Shown: positions 31,285 to 41,502, counted from the first letter of the stretch. The stretch: 64,000 nt of DNA from Spirochaetaceae bacterium (GCA_051531975.1 JAOPTT010000005.1:288001-352000), one strand, 5' to 3'. The notes: generated by a model not told the origin, from the sequence alone. Numbers and translations are program-made.

Positions 31285-32142
31285 ATGAAAGATCTACGAT
31301 ATTCTCCAGTAATTAATAGTGTCACAAAATGGCGCAGTTTTAACTTTAACTGGGGAGAAAGAACATATATTATGGGAATTCTTAATGTTACTCCAGACTC
31401 ATTTTCTGATGGAGGAGAATTTAATAATATTCAAGATAGTCTAATTAAAGCAGAACTTATGATTAATCAAGGTGCTGACGTTATTGATGTAGGTGGTGAA
31501 TCAACTAGACCTGGAGCCGCCTCTGTATCTGTTTCAGAAGAGATAAATAGAGTTGTTCCAGTAATAAAAGTCTTAAAAGAAAAATTTTCTGTTCCAGTAT
31601 CTTTAGATACTTCTAAATCTGAGGTTGGTTTAAAGGGGTTAGAAGCTGGTGCCGACTTAATAAACGATGTTTGGGCATTCCAAAGAGACCCAAAACTTGC
31701 AAATGTTACTGCTGATTTTAATGTTCCGGCTATTTTAATGCACAATAAAGTAGATTCTAATTATTCTAAGGATATTATAGAATCCATGAAGTTATTTTTT
31801 AATAGATCTTTAGAAATTGCTTTTAAAGCTGGAGTTGCCGAGGATAAAATAATCTTAGATCCAGGTATAGGTTTTGGTAAAACCCAAGAACATAACAGAG
31901 AAGTACTATCTAGGTTAGGGGAGTTACATTCTCTAGGGTTTCCTCTACTTTTAGGAACTTCTAGAAAGTCTATAATTGGAACTATTTTGGATTTACCTCC
32001 AAAAGATAGGTTAGAGGGAACATTGGCTACATCAACAATGGGAATTATTTCCGGTGTTGATATATTAAGAGTACATGATGTTTTAGAAAATAGACGGGTC
32101 GCTTTGGTTACCGATAAAATAGTAAGGATAAATAATGGATAA
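31285..32142 (+). CDS. folP: Dihydropteroate synthase
   Basis: MGILNVTPDSFSDGG, GGESTRPG, DPGIGFGK, SRKS and RVHDV motifs. Confidence 0.97.
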   Translation: MKDLRYSPVINSVTKWRSFNFNWGERTYIMGILNVTPDSFSDGGEFNNIQDSLIKAELMINQGADVIDVGGESTRPGAASVSVSEEINRVVPVIKVLKEKFSVPVSLDTSKSEVGLKGLEAGADLINDVWAFQRDPKLANVTADFNVPAILMHNKVDSNYSKDIIESMKLFFNRSLEIAFKAGVAEDKIILDPGIGFGKTQEHNREVLSRLGELHSLGFPLLLGTSRKSIIGTILDLPPKDRLEGTLATSTMGIISGVDILRVHDVLENRRVALVTDKIVRINNG

Positions 32143-32500
32143 AATAATTTTAAAAAACTTAAAATTTTATGGTTATCACGGGGTATTACCTGAAGAGACT
32201 AAGTTAGGTCAGAAATTTATAATTGATATAGAACTTTTTTCAAATCTTAAACCTGCTGGGATATCAGATGATCTAACTAAAAGCACAAGTTATGCTGAAG
32301 TTTTTGAATCAGTAAAAAAAATTGTAGAAGGAAAACCTTTAAAATTAATTGAAGCTCTAGCTGAAAAAATTGCAGAAACTATATTAAGTGAATATAATTT
32401 AATTAATAGCTTAAAGGTTAAAGTTAAAAAGCCTGAAGCTCCAGTTCCTGGAATATATGACTATTTTGCAGTGGAAATAACAAGAAATAGAGATGAATAA
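32135..32500 (+). CDS. folB: Dihydroneopterin aldolase
   Basis: FYGYHGV..EE..GQKF and LIEALAE motifs. Confidence 0.95.
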   Translation: MDKIILKNLKFYGYHGVLPEETKLGQKFIIDIELFSNLKPAGISDDLTKSTSYAEVFESVKKIVEGKPLKLIEALAEKIAETILSEYNLINSLKVKVKKPEAPVPGIYDYFAVEITRNRDE

Positions 32501-32948
32501 AGTATATTTAAGCCTTGGAAGTAATATAGGAAATAGGATTAAGCATCTTAAAAATGCTATAGACCTAATAAAAAACACTCCAGAAATTTTCAATGTTATA
32601 TCATCATGCTTTTACGAGACAGCACCTCAAGGATATACTGATCAGGACTACTTTATTAACTGTGTTATAAGTTTAGAAACCGATATAGAACCAATAAAAC
32701 TACTTAAAATATGCCAGGATATAGAAAAAAAACTTAAAAGAGTTAGGTTATTCCGTTGGGGTCCAAGAACTATAGATATTGATATACTTCTATTTGGTAG
32801 CTTAAATATGAATTCAAAAATATTAGAAATACCCCATCCAAGAATGTTTGACAGGGCATTTGTTATGGTTCCATTATCTGAACTAGATTCAAAGTTTTTA
32901 GAAAACATAAAAAACTTTGAAGATCAGGAAATTAGAAAGATAGTTTAA
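32493..32948 (+). CDS. folK: HPPK (6-hydroxymethyl-7,8-dihydropterin pyrophosphokinase)
   Basis: LSLGSNIG, WGPRTIDIDIL and PHPRM..RAFV motifs. Confidence 0.96.
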   Translation: MNKVYLSLGSNIGNRIKHLKNAIDLIKNTPEIFNVISSCFYETAPQGYTDQDYFINCVISLETDIEPIKLLKICQDIEKKLKRVRLFRWGPRTIDIDILLFGSLNMNSKILEIPHPRMFDRAFVMVPLSELDSKFLENIKNFEDQEIRKIV

Positions 32949-34627
32949 AATACAATTTCATATACAGAATTAGTAGTTAAACCCTCATAATCTATTGCAA
33001 TCTCATCGGAACTACTTATAACTCCAAGGTCTACGTAGATATTAGAAGTTGCAAACATTTGATTATATAATCTGGCAGCGTTTATCTCAGTTAATGATAT
33101 AGGAGTAAACTGGGCGTCTACCCAACCACCATATGGGTACGATTGGCTACGTAACCTATTTGTATCGTTACCATATGAATAATATGCATTGTTATATGCA
33201 GTATCAAAAAAGTTTATTGAATATAGGTAATAAGAGGTATCACCTAGTGTTCCAGCGTTATTAAAATTGTAAGGAAAAGTTCCCTCATTCTCAGAAAGTA
33301 GTATCGCTTTACCAAAATCCTGTAACAGTGTGGTTATTGTATGATCACTATCTGGATAAACCTCATTAAGTGCATCTAAAATACCATCTTCTCCATATGA
33401 GTCTATCTCCATATATTTATTAAACACCTCAAAACCGTAGTTTCGTATTAAGTAAGCGCCCATTGTATAACTTAAACTATAACTCATTAATGAGTTATCC
33501 CACGTAAAACTACTATAGGTATCCCAAAATAGATTAAATGCTGGAATTCTTCCAAATTCAGGGTTAAGGACATAGTCTGTTCCTAAACTATTATATACAA
33601 GGTGGGTATTAGCTAAAATGTCCTCAGCAACCATAGAGAACATCTCTGTGAAAAAGGTACTATAAGTATAATTCTGTTGTAAAATAGCCTTATTGTAATC
33701 ATGAATCATATGTTGGAATTCGTGAATAATTGTTGATATTACAACTGTTTCTTGGTATGAATCAGTAACAAAAGCACCAGCATCTAAACTCTTAAAATAA
33801 CCATAAGCATCAACTACAAATAGAAGTGCCTGATTGGAATTGGCATCATCAGTATAACTATTAGTTGGGTCAAAATATCCATAATAAACTCCATCAGTAC
33901 TAGAGTTTTCATCCTTTTCAATATCAGTTAACAGTATATGAATATCTTCAGTATCAGTTGATAATAGATTTGAATAAGCATGAGTTCCCCATGGCTCACC
34001 AAACAGATTAATCATGTCAGTGTAGATGGTATCAAAATTATTTTCCATATTAGTTATTCCATCAGCATGTATTACAATAGCTCCAGATGCTACATCTACT
34101 GTACTAACCCATATAAAAAGTTCTCCATCAGTTGCACCTGTAATATCTGATCTTGATGTTAATATGAAATTCTCTTCAGTGTAAGAACTTGTATCAAAAT
34201 TCCATACATCAAATAGACATTCATCATTTGTATCATCACCATCAATAAGAGAGTAGGTTTCATAACTTATTGTTGGTACAACAGCTCTAGAATTATTAGT
34301 ACGGTTTGGATCTCTTGAAGGCATATTAGGATCTAATCTAATAGGGTATTCAGGTAATCCTGAAGGTTGTGAAGAATCTTCTGATAAAGATCTAGTTAAA
34401 GTCCGAGTCTCAGAACCATTAATAGTTACTTTTGGTATAGTATCTGTAGAATAAGTTGGATTTGTTAATAAAAGGTAGGCTTGGCTACCACTTCCAGTAG
34501 GTAATAAACTTGAATCTATTACTATTTCAGTATTACTGCCATCATCATCATCGCCACCATTATCACAACTAAAGAAAGTTAATGTTAAAAGCATTATTAT
34601 TATAAGGTATAAATTTTTTTTTATCAT
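32945..34627 (-). CDS. Lipoprotein zinc metallopeptidase (M30/hyicolysin-like)
   Basis: Lipobox TFFSC, YGYFDP, and HEFQH followed by a downstream EMFS..AED. Confidence 0.75.
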   Translation of the reverse strand: MIKKNLYLIIIMLLTLTFFSCDNGGDDDDGSNTEIVIDSSLLPTGSGSQAYLLLTNPTYSTDTIPKVTINGSETRTLTRSLSEDSSQPSGLPEYPIRLDPNMPSRDPNRTNNSRAVVPTISYETYSLIDGDDTNDECLFDVWNFDTSSYTEENFILTSRSDITGATDGELFIWVSTVDVASGAIVIHADGITNMENNFDTIYTDMINLFGEPWGTHAYSNLLSTDTEDIHILLTDIEKDENSSTDGVYYGYFDPTNSYTDDANSNQALLFVVDAYGYFKSLDAGAFVTDSYQETVVISTIIHEFQHMIHDYNKAILQQNYTYSTFFTEMFSMVAEDILANTHLVYNSLGTDYVLNPEFGRIPAFNLFWDTYSSFTWDNSLMSYSLSYTMGAYLIRNYGFEVFNKYMEIDSYGEDGILDALNEVYPDSDHTITTLLQDFGKAILLSENEGTFPYNFNNAGTLGDTSYYLYSINFFDTAYNNAYYSYGNDTNRLRSQSYPYGGWVDAQFTPISLTEINAARLYNQMFATSNIYVDLGVISSSDEIAIDYEGLTTNSVYEIVF

Positions 34628-34651
34628 ACCTTATAATAATCTGATATTGTC

Positions 34652-35125
34652 TTATGGGTAAAGTGTATTTTTATCAGATAGAGAATTTAATACATCTAAA
34701 TACTTTTTAGACTCATATTTTGCCATAGGTAAATTCATAGAGAGGTAGTTTCCACAATCCTTTGCTGTAGCCCCAGGAATTTCATCATTGTAGTCTGCCA
34801 TAAAATTATGTAACTCTATTAAAAGATCTTTAATTTCTAGTGGTTTAACATCCCCAGCTAAAATAAGATAATTTCCTGTCCGACAACCCATTGGACCAAA
34901 GTAGATTACTCTCTCTTTCCACTCACTGTTATTTCTTAAATAAGTTGCAGCTAAATGCTCAATAGCATGAAGGGCAGGTACATCTAATACAGGTTCTCTA
35001 TTTGGAGCTTTCATTCTTAAGTCAAAAGTTGTTATTATTTCTGTTCCTATTTTATCCTGTCTAGAAACATAAACTCCTGGTTCAAGTAAATTGTGATCTA
35101 TTGTAAAACTTGGTATTTTATCCAT
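34652..35125 (-). CDS. luxS: S-ribosylhomocysteine lyase
   Basis: SFTIDH, HAIEHL, GPMGCRTG and CGNY motifs. Confidence 0.96.
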   Translation of the reverse strand: MDKIPSFTIDHNLLEPGVYVSRQDKIGTEIITTFDLRMKAPNREPVLDVPALHAIEHLAATYLRNNSEWKERVIYFGPMGCRTGNYLILAGDVKPLEIKDLLIELHNFMADYNDEIPGATAKDCGNYLSMNLPMAKYESKKYLDVLNSLSDKNTLYP

Positions 35126-35129
35126 TATA

Positions 35130-35828
35130 TTATCCTTGTAGTTCTGTTAATATAGCTTCTACTAATTTTCCTGAATTTTTAGCAGCCACTACTAAAAACT
35201 CTTCAAATGACTGCTTAGACTCTTGCCCAGGTACATCTGAAATCGATCTTATTATTAAAAAAGGTACTTTAGACATAAAGCATACTTGTGCAATTGCTGC
35301 TGCTTCCATCTCTGTTGCCTTCATAGGTGGTAATTTAGATTTGATAGTTTCAACTACTTTGGGATCATGAATAAAAGAGTCTCCAGTAATTATTAAACCA
35401 TCTGTTATATGTATATCTTTAATTTTATCTGCTGCTTTTTTTGCAATTTTAATAAGCCCAGCATCAGGGGTGAAACCTGCTGGCATTTTTGGAAGTTGAC
35501 CATAATCGTAACCAAATAGTGTTACATCCACATCGTGGTAACGTACATCGGTTGATATAATAACATCTCCTACATTTAAATCAGTAGAAAGACCTCCTGC
35601 ACTACCAGTATTTATTACAATGTCTGGAGCAAACTGATCAATTAATATAGTTGTTCCAACAGCTGAAGCTACTTTTCCAATGCCACACTGTAGTAGTACA
35701 ACATCCATTTTATCTAATGTTCCATGGTAAAAGATACAGCTACTTTTTGTAATAGTCTCTATATTGGTCATTTTACTCTTAAGACCTTTTACCTCTTGTT
35801 CCATTGCACCAATTATTCCAACTCTCAT
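35130..35828 (-). CDS. mtnN: MTA/SAH nucleosidase
   Basis: IIGAMEQE, GIGKV, NTGSAGG, EMEAAAIAQ and RSISD motifs. Confidence 0.96.
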   Translation of the reverse strand: MRVGIIGAMEQEVKGLKSKMTNIETITKSSCIFYHGTLDKMDVVLLQCGIGKVASAVGTTILIDQFAPDIVINTGSAGGLSTDLNVGDVIISTDVRYHDVDVTLFGYDYGQLPKMPAGFTPDAGLIKIAKKAADKIKDIHITDGLIITGDSFIHDPKVVETIKSKLPPMKATEMEAAAIAQVCFMSKVPFLIIRSISDVPGQESKQSFEEFLVVAAKNSGKLVEAILTELQG

Positions 35829-36391
35829 TAATTTCCCCTTACTTGTTGTAATATAGCAATTTTTTTACCATTTGTTCTATCTGTACCCTTAAGGTAATCG
35901 TTATAATAGTTAATAATTCCACTAAAAAACAGTTCAAGTTCCGGTTCTTCCTGTTCATTGAACCGACCTAATACATAACTGGAAACCGATCCGTGTATTG
36001 GTCTGGATATTCCAAGTGCTAGTCTATGAAAATCCTGTTTTCCAGTTAATGTTGCGATGGATCTTAAACCGTTATGCCCAGCTAAACCACCGCCATTTTT
36101 TAGTTTAAAGCTTCCAAAAGTCGTCTCTAAGTCGTCATGCACTACTAATATCTCATCTGTATTAATTTTAAAAAATTGCATAGCTTTAACAACAGATTCC
36201 CCGGACTTATTCATAAGAGTCCCAGGTAATATATTTATTATTCCATCGGAATCTTTGTAATATAGAGCATTAAACTTAGACGTGGTTTGTTGGTCATTAT
36301 TTAAACTTTTTTGGAATAACCAACCAATATTATGTCTAGTTCTTTCATACTGTTTGCCCTTGTTGCCTAAAAACACAACCATCTTAATCAT
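35828..36391 (-). CDS. pth: Peptidyl-tRNA hydrolase
   Basis: LGN.G..Y..TRHNIG, MNKSG, VHDDL and GHNGLRS motifs. Confidence 0.95.
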   Translation of the reverse strand: MIKMVVFLGNKGKQYERTRHNIGWLFQKSLNNDQQTTSKFNALYYKDSDGIINILPGTLMNKSGESVVKAMQFFKINTDEILVVHDDLETTFGSFKLKNGGGLAGHNGLRSIATLTGKQDFHRLALGISRPIHGSVSSYVLGRFNEQEEPELELFFSGIINYYNDYLKGTDRTNGKKIAILQQVRGN

Positions 36392-36396
36392 AAAAA

Positions 36397-36489
36397 CTCC
36401 TTGGATGCATAGGCGAGCAGAATTTAGTTTCGACCAGCCTTGGATGCATAGGCTTTGTCAGAATCAGTGATTCTGATATTTCGACCAGC
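36397..36489 (-). repeat. Tandem two-unit repeat forming the pth 5' leader
   Basis: GCUGGUCGAAA..hairpin..GCCUAUGCAUCCAAGG occurs twice; homologous to 47280-47325. Confidence 0.8.
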
Positions 36490-36558
36490 TTTAAATTAAC
36501 TATAGTGTAATTTAAATAAAATGAATATAATGGCATTAACAAAATCAGAGAGGTTTAA

Positions 36559-37812
36559 ATGGAAGATAGAATCCCAACATCGGTACTTAGTATTGTAGAA
36601 GCAAAACAGGAGAAAGGTGAAAAATTAACTACTTTAATCTGTAGAATGACAGGTACCTTTAAACCTTTCACCGATGTAGTCATATTCCCAGGTGAAAGAA
36701 AGTTCCAAGTTAGGGATATAACCCAGATAGAAGGGGATAAACATTCAGTTAAAGTTAAAGGTATTCCATTTAAAAACTGTACTCCATTTGCAATTATAAC
36801 ACCTTTAGATTTAAAAGTCAGATATAACAAAGTTGCATACTTTATTCCCACAAGTTTTCATAACAAAGATTTCTTCCCTGGAGAGTACAGTGTTACCGGT
36901 GGTATATTCACCGGTTATAGAATGTTTAATAAAGAGAAAAGTTCCGCTAAGGTAAAAAAATTAGGAAATTTATATTGTGTAAACCTACCATTTAAATCCC
37001 CACTAGTTCCTGGAGCAATATATACTTTTGAGAATACAAAAGGTTTTAAAGGTGAAATGGTTCTAGTTTATCCTGGGGACATGAGTAAAAAGAGTGAAAG
37101 TATTATTAGTTCTAGAATTGAAAAATTCAGATCCAGACCAGGTGTTAAAGGTATTTATTCCATTATTTTAAGAACCGATAACTATGTAGAACTGCCAGGA
37201 TTCTTAAAAGATGAAGAATTTGATGGTTCTATAAAAATGGGTGCCACTAGAATTATGGAGCGAGAGTATAACGCTGTAAAAAACAAAATAATTAAACAGA
37301 GTAAAGCTTCTGGTGGTGTTCTATTTAATTCAGTTAAAAAGAGTTGTAATGTGACTCCATCCTTTTTTCACGCAGTATTAGATCAAATAGTAGAAGCTGA
37401 TGACGTATATATAGAAGGTGACTATCTTGTAAATAATGGACCAGATAAAGCTACCTATCTATCACCATTAACTAAAGAGAGTTATAAATTAGTTGTAGAC
37501 GCAGGAATAGATGGTATAAGCCGTAGAACAATAAAAGATTATGGAATGATAAACTGTTTTTATGAAATTAAGAGAATGCGTTTAGCTGTAGTTTTAGATG
37601 ACGACTTGTATTACAGTCAGGAAGCTTTTAAATTAGTTCTTGGAACTATCTTTAAAGGTCGAAATATTGGTGAGCCTTTAACTATACAAGATATTAGAGA
37701 TTCATCTGGATTATCAAGACGGTACATAATTGCTCTATTAAATAGATTAGAAGACGACAACATTATACATCGAGAGGAAAATGATGACAGGGTTATTAAA
37801 ACAATTCCTTAA
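36559..37812 (+). CDS. SelB-like protein lacking the GTPase domain (domains II/III + winged helices)
   Basis: C-terminal TIQDIRDSSGLSRRYIIALLNRLED..II.R..DDR resembles SelB WH4. The N-terminus resembles the EF-Tu/SelB domain II barrel. No P-loop. Confidence 0.65.
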   Translation: MEDRIPTSVLSIVEAKQEKGEKLTTLICRMTGTFKPFTDVVIFPGERKFQVRDITQIEGDKHSVKVKGIPFKNCTPFAIITPLDLKVRYNKVAYFIPTSFHNKDFFPGEYSVTGGIFTGYRMFNKEKSSAKVKKLGNLYCVNLPFKSPLVPGAIYTFENTKGFKGEMVLVYPGDMSKKSESIISSRIEKFRSRPGVKGIYSIILRTDNYVELPGFLKDEEFDGSIKMGATRIMEREYNAVKNKIIKQSKASGGVLFNSVKKSCNVTPSFFHAVLDQIVEADDVYIEGDYLVNNGPDKATYLSPLTKESYKLVVDAGIDGISRRTIKDYGMINCFYEIKRMRLAVVLDDDLYYSQEAFKLVLGTIFKGRNIGEPLTIQDIRDSSGLSRRYIIALLNRLEDDNIIHREENDDRVIKTIP

Positions 37813-38446
37813 ACTTTGTTTATTGGTAGTATGTTCATGTTCAATTTCTGCTCCTGTAATAAGGGGACATAATTGGGAAATTACAGCTGTTAAAGATCTT
37901 AAATTAAATAAAACATATGAATCCCTATCTATATTTGTAAATTGTTACGATGATGATGGGGAAAATGATATTGAAACGATATTTTTTATTGATGATAAAA
38001 GTGGATTGTACTGGCAGATAGATTCCTCAAACTGGGAAGAAAAAATAATTGACGATGTTAGGTGGCTTGGGTATTCAACCATAGTAATGGCTGATCGGTC
38101 AGCGATACATAGAAATCCAATCAGAATATATGTAAGAGATTTAGCTGGTGAGTTTGTAGAAGATAAGCTATATATTACAAAAAGAAAAATGGATACAGAT
38201 GAATTATTATATCCAGAATTAATAACTGAAATAGAAACTGATAATTTATCAGTCAAAAACTATGAAGCAGTAGAAGCTTATCTTTTTATTGGTGGTTTAT
38301 CTGTTGCGACTGGTCAAATTACTACTACCCCAAAGAGTTTCAAAAATATTTTTGGGAAACAGAGAACTTCTTTTGAAAATGATGTTGAGATATTTATCAT
38401 AGCAGATGATGGAGACCTGAAATTAAAGTCAGGTCCCTGGTATTAA
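37781..38446 (+). CDS. Hypothetical lipoprotein
   Basis: Hydrophobic N-terminus ending in VCSC; overlaps the upstream gene. Confidence 0.6.
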   Translation: MMTGLLKQFLKLCLLVVCSCSISAPVIRGHNWEITAVKDLKLNKTYESLSIFVNCYDDDGENDIETIFFIDDKSGLYWQIDSSNWEEKIIDDVRWLGYSTIVMADRSAIHRNPIRIYVRDLAGEFVEDKLYITKRKMDTDELLYPELITEIETDNLSVKNYEAVEAYLFIGGLSVATGQITTTPKSFKNIFGKQRTSFENDVEIFIIADDGDLKLKSGPWY

Positions 38447-39360
38447 CTTCTACTTTGGATAATTGTTTTTATGTAACTTCCAAATCGCTGAAAGATATTT
38501 TTTCCATATATTTCAGAATACTCTTTAGTCGCTTGATCTAGTGGGAAATCTTGACCATATTTACCTTTAAGGTCATCCCAATGTTTTACGATCCAAATAT
38601 AAAGATCAGACTCTGTTCTATGGTTAAATCTAGATATTAGAGCGTCTTCTCTAACGGTTTTGACAACGGGACTATATAGGTTTTCGAACCAAGAAATTGC
38701 AGCTTCTTTAAGAGTTAATTCCTCTTTCATTCCCTGATTCATAAAATATTTATGACCTAAAATATGATTTAACATCTCCATGTATCGACCAGGTGCAGTA
38801 AAATATATTTCAGACATATCTATGTAGGTCCCTATCTCTGTTTGAGATAACAGATGCTCCCTTTCATACTCTATTACTTTTGTTTCAAGTTCAGTTCTGG
38901 ACATTCCCTTAGTTACAGGGATTTCAGCGTTTAACTCTACAACTTCTGCATCGATAGCATATACTTTTTGCATTTTAGCAACAGAAACCCTATGGTTACC
39001 ATCTCTTACAAAGTATATCTCTCCTATTTTATATAGTTTGATTGGAGGAAGTATAACATCAGAAATATGTGCCTTATCTATACTTACCCACCTATTTCTT
39101 AAATGCTCTTTTCTAGGCAAAAATGCTTTGTTAAAGTCCCTATATCTTCCCTCTGATCCAACAATATCTTTAATTGCTACAACCTTCATTCCCTTATATG
39201 ATTCATTTTTAGGTTTTACTAAACTTTTAATATCGTATAAAGAGAGCAGTTGCTGTTTTTCTGGAGAGAGAATATTCAACATGGAAAGCATTTTTTCTCT
39301 TAATCTTGCTTTTCCAAAATCATCTGTAGCTTGTTCGTTTATCAACGTATGATTTGTCAT
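38443..39360 (-). CDS. ParB/Srx-like N-terminal domain protein (DUF4032-like C-terminus)
   Basis: IVGSEGRYRDF, PPIKLYKIGEIYFVRDGNHRVSVA and DLYIW motifs. Confidence 0.7.
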   Translation of the reverse strand: MTNHTLINEQATDDFGKARLREKMLSMLNILSPEKQQLLSLYDIKSLVKPKNESYKGMKVVAIKDIVGSEGRYRDFNKAFLPRKEHLRNRWVSIDKAHISDVILPPIKLYKIGEIYFVRDGNHRVSVAKMQKVYAIDAEVVELNAEIPVTKGMSRTELETKVIEYEREHLLSQTEIGTYIDMSEIYFTAPGRYMEMLNHILGHKYFMNQGMKEELTLKEAAISWFENLYSPVVKTVREDALISRFNHRTESDLYIWIVKHWDDLKGKYGQDFPLDQATKEYSEIYGKNIFQRFGSYIKTIIQSRS

Positions 39361-40034
39361 TATTTAAAATCCTCCCTGCTAAAATCTAATACGTAGTGGT
39401 CGTAAACATTAATAACCCTAGTATTAAAATAATCTGTAACTTTTTTTTCATTTGCATTATATAGATGAATGTGCCCATGGAGAAGGTATCTAGGTGAGAA
39501 TTTTCTCATAAACCATTTAAAAGATTCAAAACCTACGTGACAAGGGTCCTCTTTGTCATGTATTCCCCTTGGAGCTGCATGTGTCAACAAAATATCTAAG
39601 TATCTACCATAAAATATTTTGTTAAATAAAAGCTTTGGTAATAACTTTATCATATTAAAATACATTTCAAATTCTGTATGTTGATTATCAGCTTTGTTGT
39701 ATTTTTTACATCCACCAAGACCCATAACAATAAGGTCATGTTTTCTATTTCTCTTAACATCAAACCCTACATAAATAGATCCAAAAGTTTTTGACTCCTG
39801 GGCTTGAGTTAATAAATTACTTTGATATTTTTTATTAAACTGACCTATATGTTTTAAGTTATGGTTACCAAATACAAAATAAAGTGGTTTGTTAAGGCAA
39901 CTTACTATAAAACCTAAATAGTCCATTGGTAGATCTCCAGCACTTAAAACAACATCCACATCTTTGAATCGTTCCTTAATTGCATTTGAATAAACCCTTG
40001 GATCCACATGATCAGCAATACATAATATTTTCAT
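39360..40034 (-). CDS. Calcineurin-like metallophosphoesterase
   Basis: IADH, AGDL, FGNH, LTHAAP and HGHIH motifs. Confidence 0.9.
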   Translation of the reverse strand: MKILCIADHVDPRVYSNAIKERFKDVDVVLSAGDLPMDYLGFIVSCLNKPLYFVFGNHNLKHIGQFNKKYQSNLLTQAQESKTFGSIYVGFDVKRNRKHDLIVMGLGGCKKYNKADNQHTEFEMYFNMIKLLPKLLFNKIFYGRYLDILLTHAAPRGIHDKEDPCHVGFESFKWFMRKFSPRYLLHGHIHLYNANEKKVTDYFNTRVINVYDHYVLDFSREDFK

Positions 40035-40042
40035 GGTTTAAC

Positions 40043-41410
40043 CTACATATTACTTAATATTTTAACTAACTTACCTTTACCAATTAATTCTAAAGGTCTC
40101 GATTCTGCATGTTTTTTAGCATCACTTGTAATTTCAGAACTAGATATAAGAATACTTTTCATAATTCCTAAATTTTTCATTTCATCTAATATACTTCTAA
40201 CACTAGTCTCCGAAACCGGAGAACTTTCTCTTAATATTCTGATTAGATAGGGCAATTTCTTTGCAGCTTTCCAGTCTTTTTTTCCACTCTCTAAGCCAAT
40301 TATTTGCATACCATCTTTAATATCTTTTAAATCCTGAGTTGTATAATTTATCTCGTTACAAATTGCTTTGCATATTTCACTAAATTCTTCATTTGTAGAA
40401 GTTAAATAGTCTTTCATTTTATCGTTTTCCTGGAGCTCTTTATACTGGGAAAGCTTTTCGGCAACATCTTTGAAATTCTTCTTTTTATTATTTATATATT
40501 GCCAATGTTCAATAGCTTTATCAAGATCTCTTTCAATTTCAAAAGCCATTGCTAAAAAGTAGTGGGTATATAATAGTTGCTGCTCAGTAACTTTAATTTC
40601 AGGGTCTTTACTAACTAAAGTTAAAGCCTTTTCTAACTCAGCTATAGCAGTTCCATATTTTTTAAGAGCTATATAACATATCCCTCTTTCAATAAGAGCT
40701 TTGAGTTTAATAGATTTTTCTCTTAAAGATTTTTCAAAAGCAATAATTGCACCTTCGTAATCTTTGGCTTCTTTTGCAATTTTACCTAGATAAAAATATG
40801 TTGTGAAGTTGGAATCATCATACTTTAAAGAGGAGTCTAAAAATGTTTTAGCATCTTTAAATCGTTTAGTATTAAACATTATCATACCTAAATGCATAAA
40901 TGCACCAGAATGTCTCTGATTTAATTCTATAGTTTTTTTGTAATAATTTATAGCTTTATTAGCTTTTTGCCTATCTTCGAATAGTAGCCCAACATTATAA
41001 TAATTTTCACCTTCGTATGGCTCTAATTTAATTAACAGAAGATAATCTTTTAAAGCTTCATCCGGTTGGTTGAACTGAAGAAACAGTTTTGATGAAAGTT
41101 GCCTAAATTCTCTTTCTGGGCAAGCAGCAGAAAATTCACCAATTTTATTGATTGATTTTATCTCCATAAATGCTAACTCTGGTTTATTTTCTAACATAAA
41201 AGCCTTAGCTAACAAAAAATGAGCGTCAACATTTTGTGGATCTTTTGCTAAAATTTTCTTTAAAATATCAATGGCAACTGAGGCCTTCCCTTGCTTAACA
41301 AGGGCTTGAACAGTTCCAATATTTTGATTAGTTGCTCTTTTTACAATTAGAAAAATTAATAATGCAAAAATAACAGTTATTGCTAAAGATAAAATTATTA
41401 TAGTAGTCAT
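40043..41410 (-). CDS. Membrane-anchored TPR protein with a degenerate Mrr-like C-terminal domain
   Basis: N-terminal TM, multiple TPRs, and a C-terminal 'EEFSEIC...VSETSVR...SSSEITSDAKKHAESRPLELIG' Mrr_cat-like pattern. Confidence 0.75.
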   Translation of the reverse strand: MTTIIILSLAITVIFALLIFLIVKRATNQNIGTVQALVKQGKASVAIDILKKILAKDPQNVDAHFLLAKAFMLENKPELAFMEIKSINKIGEFSAACPEREFRQLSSKLFLQFNQPDEALKDYLLLIKLEPYEGENYYNVGLLFEDRQKANKAINYYKKTIELNQRHSGAFMHLGMIMFNTKRFKDAKTFLDSSLKYDDSNFTTYFYLGKIAKEAKDYEGAIIAFEKSLREKSIKLKALIERGICYIALKKYGTAIAELEKALTLVSKDPEIKVTEQQLLYTHYFLAMAFEIERDLDKAIEHWQYINNKKKNFKDVAEKLSQYKELQENDKMKDYLTSTNEEFSEICKAICNEINYTTQDLKDIKDGMQIIGLESGKKDWKAAKKLPYLIRILRESSPVSETSVRSILDEMKNLGIMKSILISSSEITSDAKKHAESRPLELIGKGKLVKILSNM

Positions 41411-41502
41411 GCGCCCTCTAAAATGTGTAGAATATATAAGTAATTTACTATTACCAGATTAATAGTTTTATTAATAACTGTCAAATCATAAGGTTTTTTA
41501 TT

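Noticed and set aside
36397..36489. Possible mini CRISPR array
   Set aside because: Only two short units, the 'spacers' are partly repeated themselves, and there are no cas genes.
36392..36500. SAH/SAM riboswitch ahead of pth-mtnN-luxS
   Set aside because: No match to the SAH, SAM-I or SAM-II consensus that I can recognise.
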